DNA of 64,000 nt, from positions 2,514,627 through 2,578,626 of the forward strand of contig MU004230.1 in assembly GCA_010405405.1 (NCBI GenBank). The letters run 5' to 3'. The notes under the pieces were generated by a model. That model was given only the letters and a program-made list of their open reading frames with translations. It did not search any database and was not told the DNA's origin. This DNA comes from Microthyrium microscopicum (lineage: Eukaryota). Below, one piece after another: positions 9,690 through 22,941 of the stretch (the first letter of the stretch is position 1; every line of letters begins with the position of its first letter). Both the position numbers and the translations under genes were made by a program.

Positions 9690-11090
9690 TCATAGCTCCG
9701 GCTCCGAGTGCGTGACTGACGATGCGATCTCAACAGCTTGGTTCTTGAAGCTTTTATAACCAGAACGTGAATGGATTCCACCGACAACATTGAAAGTGAC
9801 ACTTGGAGGCTTAATTTCTGCCAATGCAGCTGCTTGTCCTGAACGCCATATCTTTGGTCCAGTCGACTTGAGAACCGACGGCTCGACTGGTGGCAATTTG
9901 ATCGCCGACGGTACTTGTGGCAAGGATGACTTGGGAGCTGGACTAGCTTTTGACACTCGAAACTGGGATGCAACGGAGCCGAGTAATCTTGCCTTTGCTC
10001 TTGGTCGCTTTGTTCTATTGCTTTTTGGAGGTGGCAGCTTGATCGATCGTGTTGGGATCTCCTGTGACGGGATCTCCTGTGGCTGGCTTTTGCGCAAATG
10101 AATATATCGTAGCTGACTATCTTGTACCTGAGTCTTGCGAGGCTGCGTAGCTTTTCTCAGCAAAGATTTGGGATTGGCATTGGCTTGAGATGGCTTGACA
10201 ATATTTCTACCTGATCGCAACATCATCTTCGGTCCTACCGCAGAAGGTGCTTGTGATACATCATCCACAAGCATGGTCTCTGGAACAAATTGCTGAGTGT
10301 CGCAGAACTCCTGGGTGTCGCGGATTGCTTCAAGTTCCCTGGCCATTTTCGTCTTCTTGTTTGGAAGAAGAGCTTGCTTTGGCGCATCCCGCTTTGGTGC
10401 CGCTCGTTTTGGCTCTGGCAGTGCCTTCGAAACTAATGTTTTGGAGATGAAGGAAGGCCCCTTAGGCGACGGTGAAGATGACAATACTGGTAGCCCAGGA
10501 GGCGAAGACGGAAATACTGGCGTGACATTGGGTGGCAGTCTCGCCTGCTCAGGTTGGCGAGGAGTCCATTGAGTCTGCATTTTGGCAGTAACTTCATCCA
10601 GTGCAGTTCTCAGCTTATAGTTTTCCGCCTCAAGGTGCTTTAGACGGCGCTCCGTGAGGCTGGCCTCTAAATCATGACCTTGTCGAGCAGCCTCAACTAC
10701 ATTCAAACGTCGTAGCACATCCGCGTTCTCCTTTGCAGGCTGCTCTTGCTTCCATTGCGCTTCCAAAGTTTTAAGCGCGGTCTTGATCTGATCCAAAGCC
10801 CTATTGATTGTGGTGTTTTTACTGTCGATGCTTTCCACAGATGTCTCCAAAGTCGAAAGTCGCGCGCTCAAGGCGTCAGTGATGGCTCCATGGTCTTCTG
10901 GACGCTCAGCGAGCTTTGCTTCAAGACCCTGGGCCAGGGCGATTGACTGCTGCTCGACATCCTTTAGTCGTTTATCGACAGTCTCCCTTGCTGCTTGGAG
11001 GTCTTTGATTCGAGTATGCAAGTGGCCGATCTGGCGGGAGAGGTGGAAGGTATGGAGCAATGTGCTTGAGTGATCTACGTCGTCTGCCAT
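9690..11090 (-). CDS. Hypothetical protein with N-terminal coiled coil and basic/Pro-rich tail (466 aa)
   Basis: Long intronless ORF; heptad-like first ~170 aa; no recognised family. Confidence 0.7.
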   Translation of the reverse strand: MADDVDHSSTLLHTFHLSRQIGHLHTRIKDLQAARETVDKRLKDVEQQSIALAQGLEAKLAERPEDHGAITDALSARLSTLETSVESIDSKNTTINRALDQIKTALKTLEAQWKQEQPAKENADVLRRLNVVEAARQGHDLEASLTERRLKHLEAENYKLRTALDEVTAKMQTQWTPRQPEQARLPPNVTPVFPSSPPGLPVLSSSPSPKGPSFISKTLVSKALPEPKRAAPKRDAPKQALLPNKKTKMARELEAIRDTQEFCDTQQFVPETMLVDDVSQAPSAVGPKMMLRSGRNIVKPSQANANPKSLLRKATQPRKTQVQDSQLRYIHLRKSQPQEIPSQEIPTRSIKLPPPKSNRTKRPRAKARLLGSVASQFRVSKASPAPKSSLPQVPSAIKLPPVEPSVLKSTGPKIWRSGQAAALAEIKPPSVTFNVVGGIHSRSGYKSFKNQAVEIASSVTHSEPEL

Positions 11091-11852
11091 GATATCGTTT
11101 TGCTTCTGGTCAATCAGCTAGAAACCCGGGACTGGAAGTCATCTGAAGGATCAAGGAAGAGAAACTCGTTTGAAATTGGGTGTTTATATTTTCTGCGGAA
11201 GGCACGACTGCCAGCCCAGAACATCGTACCTTCCATTTCCGTCACAGCTTGCAAGGATGAGCCAGAGCCTCAGCAAGACAAGTGGATAAATTATCGCGAA
11301 AAGCATATTGATCACCAATATATAGAGCAAGAGTAATTTTAGATGGAGGTTGAAGTATCTATTGTGGCGCCGTGAAAGCGCTGACCAGCAACCCGGCACT
11401 ACGATTGCAACGCAAAACTAATATACCCAAGTCCAAGTACACAACATTGTTGCCGTTACTCATGGTGTATAATCATTGCAATGATCAAGTAAGCAATGAG
11501 ATAAAAATGAGGAGCACAAAACGAAGAAAAACAATCGCAACAAAAAGTTTGAAATTCGCAAGACCAACAAAAGCCCCGAAGCCTTATAATCGACACAATG
11601 TTCCCTCATGAAGAGAACCTTCTAAAAGAAAAAAGAACTACAATAGCAAGAGAAACATCGTGCCGTAGCTGATGAAACGCCGTAATGGTGCAATAAGTAC
11701 TATCAGTCCCATAACAACTTTTTTTCGATACCGTGCTTTTCAATTCGAACCACAAGCTGCCTCCCAACCAGCTGACTTAGGAGCCACAGATTTCAGCTGT
11801 CAAGGAAACCAAGTGGCCGATAAAAATAGGTAGACGATAGATCATAATCTCA

Positions 11853-13251
11853 TTAGATAAGATCTGGAATGAAATGTTAGCATGGTCAAAAATGGATAGG
11901 AAGATTCACAACATACCGGCAACGTTCATTGGCATCTCTTCGATTTGAGTGCTGTAGAACTGCTCGATCTCGCGCATCATACGCACATCGTCGGCAGTAA
12001 CGAAGTTGATGGCAACACCCTTACGTCCGAAACGACCTCCACGACCAATGCGATGGATGTAGTTTTCACGGTTGGCTGGCAAGTCATAGTTGATGACAAG
12101 GGAGACTTGCTGAACATCGATACCACGAGCGAGAAGATCGGTGGCGATGAGAACACGGGAAGAACCGGAACGGAACTCCTTCATGATAACGTCACGTTGA
12201 CCCTGGTCCATATCTCCGTGCATGGCGGAAACAGTAAAGTCACGAGCAGTGAGCTTGTCTGTGAGCCAATCGACCTTTCTACGGGTGTTGCAGAAGATGA
12301 CTGCCTGGGTGATGGTGACAGTCTCGTAGAGATCGGAAAGGGTGTCAAGCTTCCACTCTTCCTTTTCGACAGCAATGTAGAATTGCTTGATACCTTCAAG
12401 GGTGAGTTCGGCCTTCTTAACGAGGATACGAACTGGATCGCGCATGAATTTGGTGGTGACTTCCAACACATCCTGTGGCATGGTGGCGGAAAGCAAGACA
12501 ACCTGGGTAGATTGAGGGAGGAGCTGGAAAATGTCGTAGATTTGCTCGGTGAATCCACGGGACAACATCTCATCGGCCTCATCAAGGACGAACATCTTCA
12601 TGCTGTCGGTCTTGAGGACACGACGTTGAATCATGTCGTGAACGCGACCAGGAGTACCAACAACGACTTGGGGACCTTCCTGAAGGGCCTTCATGTCGTC
12701 ACGGACGCTTGTGCCGCCGATGCAGGCGTGACATTCAACCTGCATAAAATCACCGATGGCAACGACGACTTTTTGGATTTGTTGAGCCAATTCACGAGTA
12801 GGAGCGAGAATCAAAGCCTGGCAGGCCTTGAGGGAAGGGTCAATCTTCTGGAGGACAGAGATTGAAAAGGTCGCGGTTTTTCCAGTACCGGATTGCGCCT
12901 GAGCAATGACATCGCTGCCTATGAGCGATTAAGTTAGCAAATGGTGGCGCAAAATTGTTTGATTTTTCTCTCTGGAGGGGCTGAAACCTACCTTTAATGA
13001 CAGGCATGATGGCACGCATCTGGATGGCCGAAGGGCGCTCAAAACCATAAGCGTAAACTCCACGTAGGAGTTCAGCCTTGAGGTTCATGGCATCGAAAGA
13101 GTCGGTTGTCTCATCATAGTTGGACTCAATTTGACCTGCAAAATGGAGGTTAGCAACAGTTCCTAGGGATGCGCGCGCGCAGCTGCGCATTTATGAGCTT
13201 GAGTATATGCGACATACCCTCGGGGACATCCTCGAGGCCTTTGTCAGCCAT
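11853..13251 (-). CDS. TIF1: Translation initiation factor eIF4A (DEAD-box helicase)
   Basis: Exons 13251-13218, 13135-12992, 12918-11917, 11863-11853. Motifs [29 protein letters not shown]; ends MPMNVADLI. Confidence 0.97.
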
Positions 13252-13998
13252 GATTGCGAGAAGATGGACGGTAGATCACAGCGGACTGCGATCTGGATTC
13301 TAGAGCGAGGTGGGGCAAGTGGACGAAGAGTCGACTTGCAAGGTGCGTGGTGCGTGAGCGAAGAGTATTAGCTAGATTCACGAGATCTCTTATTAAGAAG
13401 AGACCAGCTCTGATATCTAGAAAGGTTGGTGGATGGTTGTTGTAAAAAGTTTGATGTTGGTATGGAAGGAATCTAGGAGGAAGGGTGTTGAAGGTTTTTC
13501 TTAAGCCTAAGAATTTTGACAGCACGGTCCGTGGAGGCTTGGCACGCTAGTCACACCTTACCCTTTTCGTCACCAAAATTCTGTGAACCTGAGTTGACTT
13601 GACTTTTTGGTCCTTATTTTCACTTGCGCTGTACCAATTACTTGATTTGTGATATTACTGCTTTTGACTGCCTTTTTGCGCAGGCGCCACCATTCACAAC
13701 CCGATTAAACCTTCCGGCGTTGACTCCAGAAACCAGGACTCCTGGAGGCAAACATTCGATATCCTCTGTTCTGATTCCTGAAAGAACCAAATTGGCCACC
13801 CAGGATTTCGATAACTTTCAGGAATAGAGCTGATTAATTGGATTCAGATCCTGCGCTTCCAAGTTCTGACTGGTCTGACTGGTCTTACTGGCATCTGTGG
13901 TACTCTACCGCCGCTTTCTAGAAAAGTCGGTCGTCGAATTAGGCCGTTTGGATGACTCCCTCTCCTAAACCTTGCCTTGCTTGCCACCGGCCTCCAAA

Positions 13999-15560
13999 AT
14001 GACTGCTCCCAATCACCATGACATTGCCATCGATGACAGCGCTAGACCTGCCAAAAAACCACGGTTACAAAATGCCAGTCAAACATCTCCTGCTGCGCCT
14101 CAGGGAGACTTTATGCCATCGCATCCACTAAAAGTGAAGCCACTGGGAAACGCCTACGCAGATAACTCTGTACAAAATCTGAGAACAAAGACTGGTTACC
14201 TAGCCACTCTACCGGATGAGTTGCTCGCTCACTTGTTAGAGTACCTAGAGGCCAGTAGCTTACTAAATCTGGGTGGGAGCTGTAAAGCGTTGTATGCTTT
14301 CACCCGAGTTGATGACTTGTGGCGATCACTATTTGTAGAGTAAGTCCTGATATCAGTCATCATTAGCGGCGGATTTAACAATGATTCCGTAGAAAATCAC
14401 CATCGAACTTCAAGTGGCAAGGAACATGGAGAACAACTCTCTTGAATATTCCTCCACACATTGAGACGAAGATCCTATGTCAAGGACTATACTCTGACGT
14501 TATCTACCGTCCCTTCTTCTGTGCTCACATCGCCTTGAATAAATATGCCAAGGGTATTCCACCAGAAAACAGGATTATAAGACGGGAGAACCTCACTCAT
14601 GAAGAGTTTTCGGCGGAATGGTCTGGCAAGCCATTCATTCTAACAGAACCTGTCAGAGAATGGCCCATCTTCGGCAAATGGACGACAGAATACCTCCTGG
14701 AGGCATATGCCGGAGTCATGTGTCGTGCTGAAGCTGTTGATTGGCCATTGGAGGCATATGTTGACTATGTGAACAATAATCATGATGAAAGTCCACTGTA
14801 CCTCTTCGATCGAGGGTTTGCAGACAAGATGAATATTCAGGTCGGTAAAGATGTTGATGGTGCAAGTTATTGGCCACCAGAATGCCTTGGCGAGGATCTT
14901 TTTGGGGTCCTTGGAGAGCAGAGACCGGATCATCGATGGATGATTGTAGGACCAGCCAGAGGTGGCAGCACGTTCCACAAGGATCCAAATGCAACCAGTG
15001 CCTGGAATGGCGTTCTGACGGGCTCAAAGTACTGGTTGATGTTTCCTTCGGGTCCAGGTATTCCACCACCTCCAGGTGTAATTTTATCAGAAGATTCATC
15101 CGAAATTACATCTCCATTGAGTATTGCGGAGTACTTGCTATCCTTTCATGAACTGGCGAGGCAAACTCCAGGCTGTCGAGAGGGGATATGCTATGCTGGA
15201 GAGGTTTTGCATGTGCCCTCAGGATGGTTCCACTTGGTTCTCAATCTGGAAGAAAGCATTGCGATTACACAAAACTTCGTGCCTAGAGCGAAGCTACCAG
15301 ATGTTCTGCAGTTCTTGCGAGATACTCCAGATCAGATTAGCGGCTTCAAGGACGATATTGAGGATGCATATTCCCTGTTTGAAGATCGATTGAAGGACAA
15401 ACACCCAGAAATTCTCAGCAAAGCATTAGAAATATTGGATAAGAGAAGTAATCCGAGAGCCAAGTGGGAAGAGCTGACAAAGGCTGATGATGATGGTGAT
15501 GAGCCAGGAGCATTCAGCTTTGGTTTTGGCGGAGATGATGAAAGTGATGATGAGGACTAG
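13999..15560 (+). CDS. F-box and JmjC domain protein (JMJD6-like oxygenase clade)
   Basis: F-box LATLPDELLAHLLEYL; intron 14340-14392; JmjC motifs PLYLFD, GSTFHKDPN, VPSGWFHLVLNL (H-x-D...H iron ligands). Confidence 0.88.
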
Positions 15561-15810
15561 ATAGTCCATAGACAAAATCTACAACATGTTAGATGTGAAG
15601 TCAAATTTAGGTGTTCTGGTATACAAACCCTTACATTCCGCAGAAGTGATCTTTGTGGTGATCAGAGGAAACTCGCCTCCTCTGCGAGAAGGGCGCATCA
15701 AATGATGTGATCAAATTCCAACGTTGATACTCGACAAGAAGCATGTCTCGGTTAGAACCATGCTGTAGCATGTTGGGTTGGCCATCTATAAGACATGCTG
15801 CAGTTGTTCT

Positions 15811-17132
15811 TCATGTCTTAGATCGCGTGCATAATGCTGCAACAACGCTAATATCATCTCGCTTCCCTGGTTGGAGTTAGAATGGAAATTGTATACCATC
15901 AATGTGATGCTCTTACCTCCTTCGATTGAGAGACCCTCATCAATTGCCTTTTCCATATAAGGACTTTCTGCGAATGGATCTTCTGCAATAGTCCTTGCTG
16001 CTTTCATGAGCTGCTGTGAGGCATACATCATCTTCTCCGAATACCATGGGTCTTCTTTTTCGAACTCGTTCTCTGTTGCATCGATAGGCTGAGCCTCGCC
16101 ATTGTCCCATTTGCGCATACTGTCAATGACATTTTGCATGATTTCGTGATCCCAAAGGTTATCACCGACACCATCGCTTGTCGCAATCACAACGTCTCCT
16201 TCTTCTATCTCCACTCGATCCATAACTGCATTGGCTTCTGGAGTATCCGGGCTGTTGGTTCCAAGTTGACGTGGGCAATCGAACCAATGCCATTGTTCCT
16301 TTGTCTTGTATATGATTTCCTGATCTCGAGGACGAACAACCATTATTGTCGAGTCTCCCAATTGTGTAACATACAAGATAGGTTCCGACGCTCCATTGTC
16401 GCCTCGATGGTCAAACGAGAGCAAAGCACCAGACGCGGTTGTAGTTCCATGCCATTCGTTCGGCTCCGAGGTAGCTTTTTTGGTATCTTCGAATGCACTT
16501 GTAAGATATGCGACTGGATTAAGCTCTTTCATCTCCTTTCCCGCTTCGGTCGGATCCCCAATGCCTATTCCGTAACCATGTTTTTCTGCTTCCATTGCCC
16601 AGAAGTGAAGAATCAATCGTGACCATAACGCGGCGTGTCCCTTTTCTCGAGTCGCCCATGCACCCACTCCGTCGTTGGCGCAGACAAAGTTCTTGCCTAT
16701 GAAGACGGCGTCATCTCCGTTGGTGAGTCCGCGGATCAGCTCGCCATTCACGGTAGGCAGTCGTCGACGATCGCGGCTTTGGTGATGTGTACTCAGTGGG
16801 TCGGAGAAGGAGCCTGAAGGCAGCGACAGGAAGGGAGGAGGAAATGGTCGGGAATGTCGCTTGGCGTGTAATGCATACCCAGCGGCGAAGCGAAATGGAC
16901 AGAGAGGTGTCTCTTGTGTCTTCGTAGATTCGAAGCTGCTACCCGCGGAAGAGATATGCTGGAAGGCATCGGATTCGGATAAGACCTGAGGAGGAGGTAG
17001 CTCTTCGCGGGTAGCCGTGGACTGCGAACGGGTGGATTGAACTGATAGTGATGGTCGGCGGCGAGATATGATATTGGGAGGGAGATGGCCAGTAGGACAA
17101 AGCACTCGAACAACACCAGGACGAAGAATCAT
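15811..17132 (-). CDS. PTC7: PP2C-family phosphatase, Ptc7/Azr1-like (probably mitochondrial)
   Basis: NGDDA, ANDGVGAW, GTTT, LGDS, CPRQLGTNS, SDGVGDNL. Intron 15916-15867 restores GGKRDDISVV. Confidence 0.85.
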
Positions 17133-17437
17133 GCCCGCAGCTTCAGCGCGCTGAGAAACTCGTACAACGAGCACGATTAAGTAGTGATGATGGACAATGA
17201 CGGCTCTGTGCTATATTTGGATTAGACTTGGTGTTGAGTTGTAGCAGTCGAAGCTAGGCCTAACAGGGTTGGTCACTTTTCAGCCTCATCGCGGCAATGG
17301 TACGCGATTGCTTCTCAGCATCATTAATCAAATTCTACATACCGCACTTCATCGCTTTTTCGAAAAAGAACTCTACACTCAATCACCGGCATCTAAGCCC
17401 TCACCGGCTGTATTACATATCATAAGTTGTAATAAAA

Positions 17438-18742
17438 ATGGAGGTCTCGGCGGCCCCAACCTTAACAACTCTCCCTGCTGAGATCATCCTCCTTATTCTA
17501 CATGCCATACCGAACAGGAAAGATCTATTTGCAGCCACTTTGACCTGTCACCATATACGCTCCATTTTCCTGGAGAGCGAGTCTGCGATTACTTGGCAAA
17601 TACTTAAAAGGGAGCTTGATGATGACACTTATGATAATCTAGGCGAAGCGGCCTTATATCTTGAAACAGCGTATTGGGCGGATCAAGCAGATCGCCAAGA
17701 GAATTGGCCGACCTATGTAACTTGCAGATTACCTTTACTTGCTCTATCGCCTCGCTGCTTTCCAGTAGACAGGTGGACGCTCCGCGAGGCTGAGGCAATG
17801 TGTCAGTTCAATTTGATTGTGGTCAGATGGACAGACGAATTTATCGCGAGGGCACACTGGAAGATGTATGAGTACGATTACACTGAGTTCGATGAGGAAA
17901 TGGACGACCCAGAGGAAAGATACGTCAAACCCAATGATCAGGAAACGGCCAGAATATACAGGGCTTTCTGGCGTTACCAAATCTACTGCAACGTATTTCA
18001 TCCTGTGCAATCAAAAAATGGAGTTCATGACTGTCCTATCGGGATGGAACATCAACAAGCACTATTCTTCAACCACTTTCTGCCTTGGGAGATAGAACAG
18101 ATTGCTTGCGTAGAAGCCTTTGTTTATTCTGAAGTGAGCAGGAGTAAGTAGTCGACTGTTACTTATTCGAACACTGATCGTAAGCTAATACGTTACTTAG
18201 ACTTTAACTACATGTTGCAAGAACCGGAAAACTGGACCGATTTCAAGAAACACACAGAATGCCGTCTAGGACTATCTCACCTAGACAACTATTATCAAAG
18301 GCTGCTTTCGTTTGGGCTTGACGAATGCCTCTTTTTCGTATACTGGGAACCTCCAATTAAAGCTATGGTCCTCCCATATGCCAACCAAGAGTGCCCAGAA
18401 GAGCTCTATTTCTTCCTTAGTGATGCTTTGTTGTTTATGATGGAAGCTGGCAAGTACGGTCGAAAAGCACTTTCCGAAATGTCCCGGGACGAGGAGGCCA
18501 AACTCTTTCCAACTTCACTAATTCCGAATGATAATGATCCTGGACCAGAGAAAGCATGGCGCCTGATGGTGAGGGATCGTCTGGCGCTGCCCGATTTCAC
18601 AAGTCGCTCTGTGGAGCATTCACGTCATGTAGGGTATGTCTTTTGGGACGAGAAAACGGCAAAGAAGCTTGACTTCATGACTTGGGAAAAACGAAAGCGA
18701 ACCAATATCACTCGATCAGAATATCTTTATGATATTGTATAG
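17438..18742 (+). CDS. Lineage-specific F-box-like protein
   Basis: N-terminal LTTLPAEIILLIL F-box pattern. Intron 18144-18200 joins ORFs 17438 and 18212 in frame. Confidence 0.75.
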
Positions 18743-19378
18743 TGTGCTTGATATAGTGTGCTTGAGAGCACGAGCAGATACTATTCTGCATATTGTCCAA
18801 GCATGGGGGTGCGAATGAGGCTGATGAAGGGATCATGGTGACCAATCATCTGTTACTCGCCTGAAAGAGAATCTGATTTAGACTATACTCGCATGATTTG
18901 ATAGAGTGAGAATTGACGTTCAGGCTTGCTACCTTTTCAAACAGCCTCAGGTTTGAGCGGCAACCCAGATCGTGCCTGGTAATCAATGTTTTGGGGATTG
19001 ATCTTGCAATTCGTCTGAACCTCAAATGAATTTAGTAGCGTTCAACACATAGAATGAAAATATAACTTGTTTATTTTGTTATATCAGGATGTCGAGATCC
19101 TCACGAGATCATCTCAAAAGAATTAGTCCAAAAATAGAAGGCGCTCGTGCCACCCTCGTGGTGGCATTGTTTACTTGCCCGCTACTTCAGGCCTTTCTCA
19201 GGCCAGTCGCCTTCACACTTCACACTTCACTACTCCACACCAAGTCCTCCCCGCTATCCATAGTCTTAAAACAAATTCCTCTTCGCGTCGTCCCAAGAAC
19301 TTTTCTGCTTCCAATAAGCCGCACCCTACTACCTCTGCCGATAAGCCAAACATCAATCCCTTCATCTCCCCCTCAATC

Positions 19379-19870
19379 ATGTCCTCTAACGGGACCGTCC
19401 CTATGGACATCGACCTCACGCGCCGGAATAAGAAAGCCCGACCACTGAGCGACGCTGAACGCGGCAAACTAGACGAATTTATCGACGCGATACAGTACAG
19501 CGGCCGGTAAGCCATCCTATATCTTCTACTCTCGAGTCCCTCCTCGAGTCTCTCTCCCTCCCCGCTAACCGCCGCAGTTATTCTGACAAGGATTTCGAGT
19601 ACCGACATGTGCAACTCCCCAAGGCGATGCTGAAAGCCATACCCAAAGAGTACTTCGATGGCAGCCGAGGAACCTTAAAACTACTATGGGAAGAAGAATG
19701 GCGAGCACTTGGTATCACGCAGAGTTTAGGCTGGGAACACTATGAAGTGCATGAACCTGAACCACACATTCTGCTTTTCAAGTAAGCATAACTACTTCAT
19801 CCCATGTTGTTTATATGATCTGACCAATTGAACTAGACGACCGCTCAACTATACGCCACCGCAACATTAA
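19379..19870 (+). CDS. CKS1: Cyclin-dependent kinase regulatory subunit Cks1/Suc1
   Basis: Introns 19507-19577 and 19782-19836 give [21 protein letters not shown]...[36 protein letters not shown]. Confidence 0.97.
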
Positions 19871-20235
19871 CATCGCATTCGAATCCTATTCCACGACAGG
19901 TCCTTTCGCATAAACCAATTCTCTCCTTCGAACCCCACAATCGGGTCAAAAGTTCATGGCGCACAGCGACCAGCACAGCGAAATATGGAAGTCTATACCA
20001 TTTCACTGTAGAGGAGGCGGCCATTTTCGACAATTGGACAGGCTTGTGTTTGATTCCATTCATGAAGATTATGCAGAAGTACGGAGCACATGAAGGTTCT
20101 AACCGTTTTACTGCAAACAGTTTGTTTATGAAAGTTTGTACGATGATATTGTAGGCTTTCACGGGTTTCTTGTTATTAGGCGTTGAGGAAACCAAAGCGT
20201 GCTTGAAATGAAAGATGATTTGAACGATTATCATG

Positions 20236-21208
20236 CTATGATCTGCTTGCCCTTGACCCTAGTTTTATGCTGTGTATCGCGTTGCCGATCTTTGCTAATA
20301 CTGTGTCCACCATTATGTCTAGATCTTGCGCTTCGGAGTTCTTCCATATGTCGTCTAGCACGGCATTTGAGGACTTTGCGTCGATATCAGAAGCAAGACT
20401 CCATGCTAGACTGAAATGGAAGAACTCGGTATAGTCTCTGCTATCCATGTCCTGATCAGAGCTATTTGGGCGCGTATATAGCATTGGATAGCCCTTGGCT
20501 TTGGCTGTCTTGTTACATGCGACTAGAAGCAGCTTCAATTCATCGTATGGTGGTCGCTTTAGTGCTAAAGACAAGAACCATCGTGTCTTATCATAGTTTG
20601 GCACCCATTTCAGCCTTGATGCTTCTGCGGGGAAACTCTTCACAGCGGTGTTGGTGATTGAGTCTGTAACTGCGGAGAGTAGTTCATCACGACCTTCTGT
20701 CGGCACTTGCAGTGATCGCGATAATGATATGTGAAGTGGAAGCGGGGCATCCAAATCGCTAGTAAGCAGCGAAGTTATAGGTACTTTGCTTTGCTTTGCA
20801 AAAGCGTCTATAAGGGACTGAAGGTTCTCGAGCTCGGAGTCATTCGGTCGCCCTGTCGCATACAAATTAGCATGCTAACCACATCAAAGCAATAGTTTCA
20901 GTCAAGTCGTACCTTTTCGGACTCCATACAACTCAATGGCCTATTTGTTAGAAAAACTTACATTCAATATAGACATGAGTAGGCCAGTTACCCTCAGTGT
21001 GGGGAACTTGTCGTTTTCGGCCGCCATGCAAGGCTGGGTCATCAACAGTGCTAGCTCGTTTATTGGTCGCATACAGACTGTGGAAGTTGGCGGGAAGTGG
21101 AGGCAGGTCTGACGAGGCCTTTCGTTTCTTCATTTTCGAGAGAACAGGTGGTGACGCGTCTTGGGCGACGTCGTCGTCTGATGAGGAATAGTCGACTAAG
21201 GGAGCCAT
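20236..21208 (-). CDS. USB1: U6 snRNA phosphodiesterase (2H family)
   Basis: LVDYSSSD start, [23 protein letters not shown] after splicing intron 20961-20853, and two H-x-S motifs (LHISLS, FHFSLA). Confidence 0.92.
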
Positions 21209-21520
21209 TATTCAGTGTCGTCGCAATGTTTTAGATGGGAAGTTTCTCGTACTCAGAAATGATCAATTGGAGTCAGGGCGGCCTCACAAGACTTTATGGT
21301 CTTGGCACCAGCCTTGCCAAGAGCTTATGCTCAATCAACTATCACATCGCGGCTTCACTTTAAGGGCTGACATTGGCAGGCATAACGATCAGATGTCTGG
21401 AAAAGCGCTACTTCCAGGTGGTAGTTTCTTCAGTTTTTGCTAATTTAGTGTAGGATGCCGCGATGCCCAGCCTGCCCGACCCTGACTGCTGGCGATCATC
21501 AATATCGATAAGGCTGACGG

Positions 21521-21528
21521 TGACGTCA
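21521..21528. promoter_or_regulatory. Perfect CRE/ATF palindrome in the USB1-PAL1 divergent promoter
   Basis: TGACGTCA seen directly; function inferred. Confidence 0.35.
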
Positions 21529-21882
21529 GGCCATAGTGGAGCCTTTTCCCTCTACCAACGTTGCTCTTGTTGGCCCATGTTGCCCGGTTGCATTCGGATC
21601 AGAGCCTAATTAAAGCAATAGTTTTCTGCACGCCGTGCATACTCTAGAGTAGTTGGTAGACAAGATGTGACGTTGGATTCGACAAGGTAGCTACGAGGGG
21701 CCCAGCCAGCCAGCCAGCCATTGAGCTCACTACATGGACTAGATCAGGCCTTGGTCACCCAAGGCTCCTTCTAAATGGTATGATAAGTCCTTCGGAAGCC
21801 ACCCAGATCCATTATCGTACCTTCCCTACCCTTCAGTAACACTTTCCATACTACCTACAATCAACAATAAACAGTCCACAAC

Positions 21883-22941
21883 ATGGCCACAACTGTACGT
21901 GTAACATCTCCCCGTCATTCCATCACCAACCTCCCCTCTTTATTCGAACAGCCATCTAATCACCATCAACATGCAGAACATGTCCTCCGCCCAAGCAAAA
22001 AGCTACATTGTAGACCCTCTTCTGGCCCCCGAACCAGCCGACGAAACAGGTCTCAATTCCCACTTCCGCTCAACTCTGGCTCCAGCACCACCGCCATCCT
22101 CCACCGCCAGCGACACAACCAAAGTCCCATCTCCACGCAACAGCACTCACGCCCGCGTCCCATCCAACCCTTCCAATCTATCACCAGCAGGCTACCAATC
22201 AGGCACACGGTCCCGAGGCAACTCTTTAACCCAACGCTACCCAGGCGACATGAGCCACCGACCCCTCGACATGATCAAGAAAGACAACAAAACCGCCAAC
22301 CGATCACCACACTTGCGCAAGCGAAGCATTCCCGGCGTAGACCAAATTGATGTGCTCGACACGACCCCGGGCGGACAGTATCACCACGAGGGACCGTTTG
22401 ATGCCACACTAGCGAGCCGTAACGTAAACCAGAAGTACAGTCCAGTAGCTGCAGTTCAGGAGAGCAACATGGCTGCGCTAAAAGCCACACCGCCAGAGAA
22501 CATTGCGGATGCGGTTAGACAGCATCGACCGCTGGATGGTGTGGCTGTCGTTCCTCCTGGGATGTCTGATCGCTATGGGCGAACATACAACTATAAGGAG
22601 ACAAATTTGATGACGGAAGGAAAGGGAGGGGATTACAATCAGATGGTTGGTGTTGGTGAGGTAAGTGCCTTCTTTCAATCTTGAAGAAATAGATTTGCTG
22701 ATCTGGATAGTATGATGGCAAGAAGAAATCGCTTGACATTGAGCATAGAGAAGATTCTGAGCCAGGATATCATCCTATGGCGGGTCAAGGCACTGCCATT
22801 GAGCTTGAAGATCAGGCCCCCAAGAAGAGCGTTGAGTATCATGAGAGTGAGCTTGAAGGCCATGAGGAAGGTTCCAAGCGTCATTCTTTTGGAGACGGAC
22901 TGAAGAAGCGATTTGGCAGCTTGAGACGAAAGAAGGATTGA
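21883..22941 (+). CDS. PAL1: Pal1 cell-morphology/endocytosis protein
   Basis: 12-nt first exon; introns 21895-21976 and 22661-22710. Motifs RYPGDMSHRPLD, DQIDVLD, YHHEGPFDA, SPVAAV; ends GLKKRFGSLRRKKD. Confidence 0.85.

Noticed and set aside
11945..12865. 306-aa ORF antisense to eIF4A
   Set aside because: Mirror-frame ORF expected from the strong codon bias of a highly expressed gene; no ATG start and no recognisable motifs.
20941..20961. 21-nt intron or stwintron in USB1
   Set aside because: Too short for normal splicing, and its removal does not rebuild a split donor; kept only as part of the poison-donor finding.
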